A stretch of 61,259 bases of DNA from contig DATMXS010000269.1 of assembly GCA_035561355.1 (NCBI GenBank), positions 1 through 61,259 on the forward strand, in the 5' to 3' direction. Of this stretch, positions 58,627-61,259 are shown piece after piece; position 1 is the stretch's first letter; every line of letters begins with the position of its first letter. Origin of the DNA: Bryobacteraceae bacterium (GTDB lineage Bacteria; Acidobacteriota; Terriglobia; Bryobacterales; Bryobacteraceae). The position numbers and the translations under genes were made by a program. The notes beneath the pieces were generated by a model, which saw only the letters and a list, made by a program, of their open reading frames with translations, had not been told where the DNA came from and did not search any database.

Positions 58627-60072
58627 TCAGACCTCGGTAGAAAGTCTCGCCCATTCAAGGGCCACCAGCCCTGCGGGCCGGAGTTTTACTTGTGCAGCCC
58701 CCCGGCTCATCATCTCACTCGCCAGATGCGCGCGGAGCTTCTGCACTTCGCGCTCGCGCGCGCCGGTTACGATCCGGTTCAAACGCTGAGTAAACCGCCA
58801 CGGCCGCTGAATCCGTTGCTCTGCACCGTGTGCCGACCATAGCGACGCACCCTTTCGATACAGAGCGCCGAGTTCGGCCAGAAAATGCGGCGCCGCGCCG
58901 GCTTCGGCCGACATGCGCGAGAGCGTATCTTTGAGGTCGGCCGCGTCGGCCAGGCGCCGCCACTCCAGCACGCGACCGAACAGCGCCATGCAGTCCTTGT
59001 CGGTGTTTTTCGCCTGATCGAGTTGCCGCCCCGCCTCGGTATGAATGCCCGCCAGGGTAGAACTGGCATCAGGCGCGAGCGCGACCGCCATTGTGATCGT
59101 CTTGCCCTCGGCCCCGGGGAAGTCCTTCAACATCTCCTCTGTGAACCGATGGAAAACCCGCTGCATCTCGCGGGCGAACGGGATCAGCGCATCCCATGAG
59201 CCGTAGACCGCGAAGTCATCGCCTCCGGAATAGAGGACGCTCACTTTCCGCCAGAACTCGGGCTGCGAACAAAGCACGCTGAGTTCACCGGCGAACAACT
59301 GTTTATAGACGACCGACAGCCGGACGTGATCCTCAATTGTGTGGACGCGGCGGATGCGGACCCGCATGCTGTCCACATCGCCTCTCAAAACTCCCCACGT
59401 CTTACGGCCTTGCGCCCGGGCCGCGAGTTCTTCGAGGGTTGCGGGGGCTGTGCCGTTGCGCCCGGGCGCGGCGTGCCGGGCGAGCGGGATCGCATCTTCG
59501 CCACGGTCCGGCAGCAGACTCCAGGTGTACTTGCCGCCGCCAATCGCAATGTGGGCGGGCCGTTCGGGCGACCATCCGGCTGTTTCGGTCTGCCATAGCG
59601 CGCCGGCGAGTTCGCGGAAGTAACCGTCGTTAGGCGAGGAGGAGGCAGGTGGCTCGAAGGGCACGAAGTCCACGGCTTCGGGCGCCGCGGCCAGCTTGCG
59701 CTGCATCTCTTCCCCGAGCCGCCGGCGGACCACGGACCAATCACCGAGGTTTTCCGTGATGGCCCAGACCAGCCTGAGCAGCCCGCCGCTCATGGCGTCG
59801 ATTTCCCCGCCGGCCCTGAGCAAAAATTCGTCCGCGGCCTCGCGCGATTCGCCCGGGAGCACCAGCAGGAACTGGCCTCCGCCGCTCGATCCAAGCAGTA
59901 CGCGGGCGAGGCGGAATTCCGCCAGGAGCGCGCGCGGCAGCGCCTCGCTCAACAGCATTACCCAATGGGAACGGCCGATCAGGGCGGATGTCGAATCACC
60001 CGTGGCGGGACAGGCGAGGAGGAGATCTTCTATACCCAGCAGCTTGCCGTACAGAAGGATCTGAACAGACAT
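58627..60072 (-). CDS. cas10: Cas10/Csm1 large subunit, minimal 481-aa form lacking the HD domain and zinc finger, with an intact GGDD cyclase palm
   Basis: WGVLRGDVDSM (D-x-D metal site) and VSVLYSGGDDFAVYGSWDALIPFA (the GGDD...GxWD Palm2 signature of Cas10). A degenerate Palm1 remnant (LLGSSGGGQFLLVLPGE) and a C-terminal helical D4-like region. No His/Asp HD motifs and no CxxC pairs. Confidence 0.75.
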   Translation of the reverse strand: MSVQILLYGKLLGIEDLLLACPATGDSTSALIGRSHWVMLLSEALPRALLAEFRLARVLLGSSGGGQFLLVLPGESREAADEFLLRAGGEIDAMSGGLLRLVWAITENLGDWSVVRRRLGEEMQRKLAAAPEAVDFVPFEPPASSSPNDGYFRELAGALWQTETAGWSPERPAHIAIGGGKYTWSLLPDRGEDAIPLARHAAPGRNGTAPATLEELAARAQGRKTWGVLRGDVDSMRVRIRRVHTIEDHVRLSVVYKQLFAGELSVLCSQPEFWRKVSVLYSGGDDFAVYGSWDALIPFAREMQRVFHRFTEEMLKDFPGAEGKTITMAVALAPDASSTLAGIHTEAGRQLDQAKNTDKDCMALFGRVLEWRRLADAADLKDTLSRMSAEAGAAPHFLAELGALYRKGASLWSAHGAEQRIQRPWRFTQRLNRIVTGAREREVQKLRAHLASEMMSRGAAQVKLRPAGLVALEWARLSTEV

Positions 60073-60234
60073 GGAAGGTCTACTCTAACACAGCAAGGGG
60101 AGATCGAAGCGCTCGAACTGAAGACCAGCGCCGGTGCGCACTGCTCGCCGGAGTCATACCGGCCGCGGGCGGTTTCGCCAGCGAAATGGTGACCGCCGTG
60201 TCATTCGGCACCGGCGAGCGGCGCATAATGAATC

Positions 60235-60478
60235 GTGATGACGCGAATCTGGCGAGAGAAGCTCGGCCGTCGCGATGACGCCGATCGGGATTTCGACATC
60301 GACTTCTGGCAGCAACTGGGGCCCGCCAGGATCGTCGAGGCAGCCTGGGATCTTGTGGTCACGGCGGCCTCCGCAAAGGGCATCGATGAAAGCCAACTCC
60401 GACTTCAGAGATCTGTTGAAAAGCTTAAACGCATTCGACGTCCGGTATCTGGTCATCGGCGTACGCGGTGATGACTGA
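60235..60478 (+). pseudogene. frameshifted fragment resembling the N-terminus of a nucleotidyltransferase/DUF6036-type protein
   Basis: Two overlapping reading frames. One reads SDFRDLLKSLNAFDVRYLVIGVRGDD, then stops. No intact ORF of normal length. Confidence 0.25.
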
Positions 60479-60521
60479 CCGGCGATTACTCTCTCATTTG
60501 CCGGCGCGTTTTGGGGTGGTC

Positions 60522-61138
60522 CTATCGGGCGGCAGAACGATGAAACATCATCGAGCCGTTCATGCTCTGCGCGTGAAGATCGGTGGAGATAACGCCCGGC
60601 CAGAAGCCTGCGGTGACAGCCGGCGCCGCGTTGCGAAACACGAAGCTGCCGCCGCCGTGGCCCACATCGAACTTTACACCGCGGTCACGAGCGGTCTTAA
60701 GATATGCGTATAAGTGACCCTGTTTGTCGACCCAGGGCACCGACGCGCGGTAACAGTGTGTCGAGATGTCTCCGGGGCGCAGTCGTTCCGTAACAAGCTG
60801 CCAGTAAGGACGTCGTACTGCTGCGCCGATGCAGACACTGCAAGGAGAAACATTGCAAGACCTTTCATCCTCAGGACTCCGAAATGACGGTGCAGGGGCA
60901 CGTGAGTACAAGCTGTCGCTCGCGCGGCTGTGTGTTTGGAACGCTGCATGCATGCACATTGCGTACCGTACCGGGCTGAGCTCCTAAGCGCATGTAACAA
61001 AGGTGTAATAGATAACAGCATCCTGATCCATGCCTTTGATCGCCCACATAGAGATTTTTGGAGGAATGCGCCAGCTTCTTTGATAGAATAGACAGCAACC
61101 CAACTCGGGAAAAGAGGGATGTAACGAAAAGATGGCAA
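60522..61138 (-). pseudogene. disrupted secreted hydrolase-like gene (signal peptide in one frame, amidohydrolase-like fragment in another)
   Basis: Frame A reads MKGLAMFLLAVSASAQQYDVLTGS... (signal peptide), stopping at 60674. Frame B reads ...GVKFDVGHGGGSFVF...VISTDLHAQ and continues to 60522. Confidence 0.25.
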
Positions 61139-61259
61139 GAAGATCGAACGACGCCAGGTCTACCCAAAAAGCAGAGAGCGGCCTAAGCCAGCACCCGCGC
61201 CGGAGAACCGCGCGACCCAAGGCAGCCGTTGCTCCAACCGAAGCGCCTGTCCCCACCAT
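61132..61259 (+). CDS. 5' end of an unidentified gene running off the window (low-complexity basic N-terminus)
   Basis: ATG 61132 is preceded by AGAGGGA. It translates MARRSNDARSTQKAESGLSQHPRRRTARPKAAVAPTEAPVPT... with no stop before the window end. Confidence 0.3.
   Translation, partial: MARRSNDARSTQKAESGLSQHPRRRTARPKAAVAPTEAPVPT

Overview
High-GC bacterial chromosomal segment. Gene content suggests an Acidobacteriota-like organism, but this is an inference only. Coordinates 1-16.4 kb hold the 3' end of tuf followed by the complete, collinear S10-spc-alpha ribosomal-protein operons (rpsJ...rplQ, including secY, adk, map, infA and rpoA), all on the + strand. Several of these r-proteins carry unusual terminal extensions. 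The rest of the window is mixed housekeeping and accessory genes: a large TonB-dependent receptor, an hsp20/htpX heat-shock pair, an rlmI-like methyltransferase, miaA, a translationally coupled cluster of signal-peptide proteins ending in thiD, an SDR/DUF1501 pair, RNase T2, an NfeD-flotillin-phosphotriesterase operon, a partial ATP synthase F0 operon (atpZ-atpI-atpB-atpE), nagA, an orphan LytTR response regulator, an ino1-epimerase-methyltransferase-OmpA cluster, HDAC, pta, mdh, a SET-domain protein, a ceramidase-like protein, tonB and an S41 protease. The most striking element lies at the 3' end (55.1-60.1 kb, minus strand): a compact type III-A-like CRISPR-Cas effector module ordered cas10-csm2-csm3-csm4-csm5. 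Its Cas10 has only 481 aa. It lacks the HD nuclease domain and the zinc finger but keeps an intact GGDD cyclase palm. Csm2 carries an RGG-rich N-terminal extension. No CRISPR array, cas6, cas1/cas2 or CARF/SAVED effector is visible anywhere in the window. The ~1.2 kb beyond the cas10 start contains only decayed gene fragments. No tRNA/rRNA genes, transposases or CRISPR repeats were recognised.
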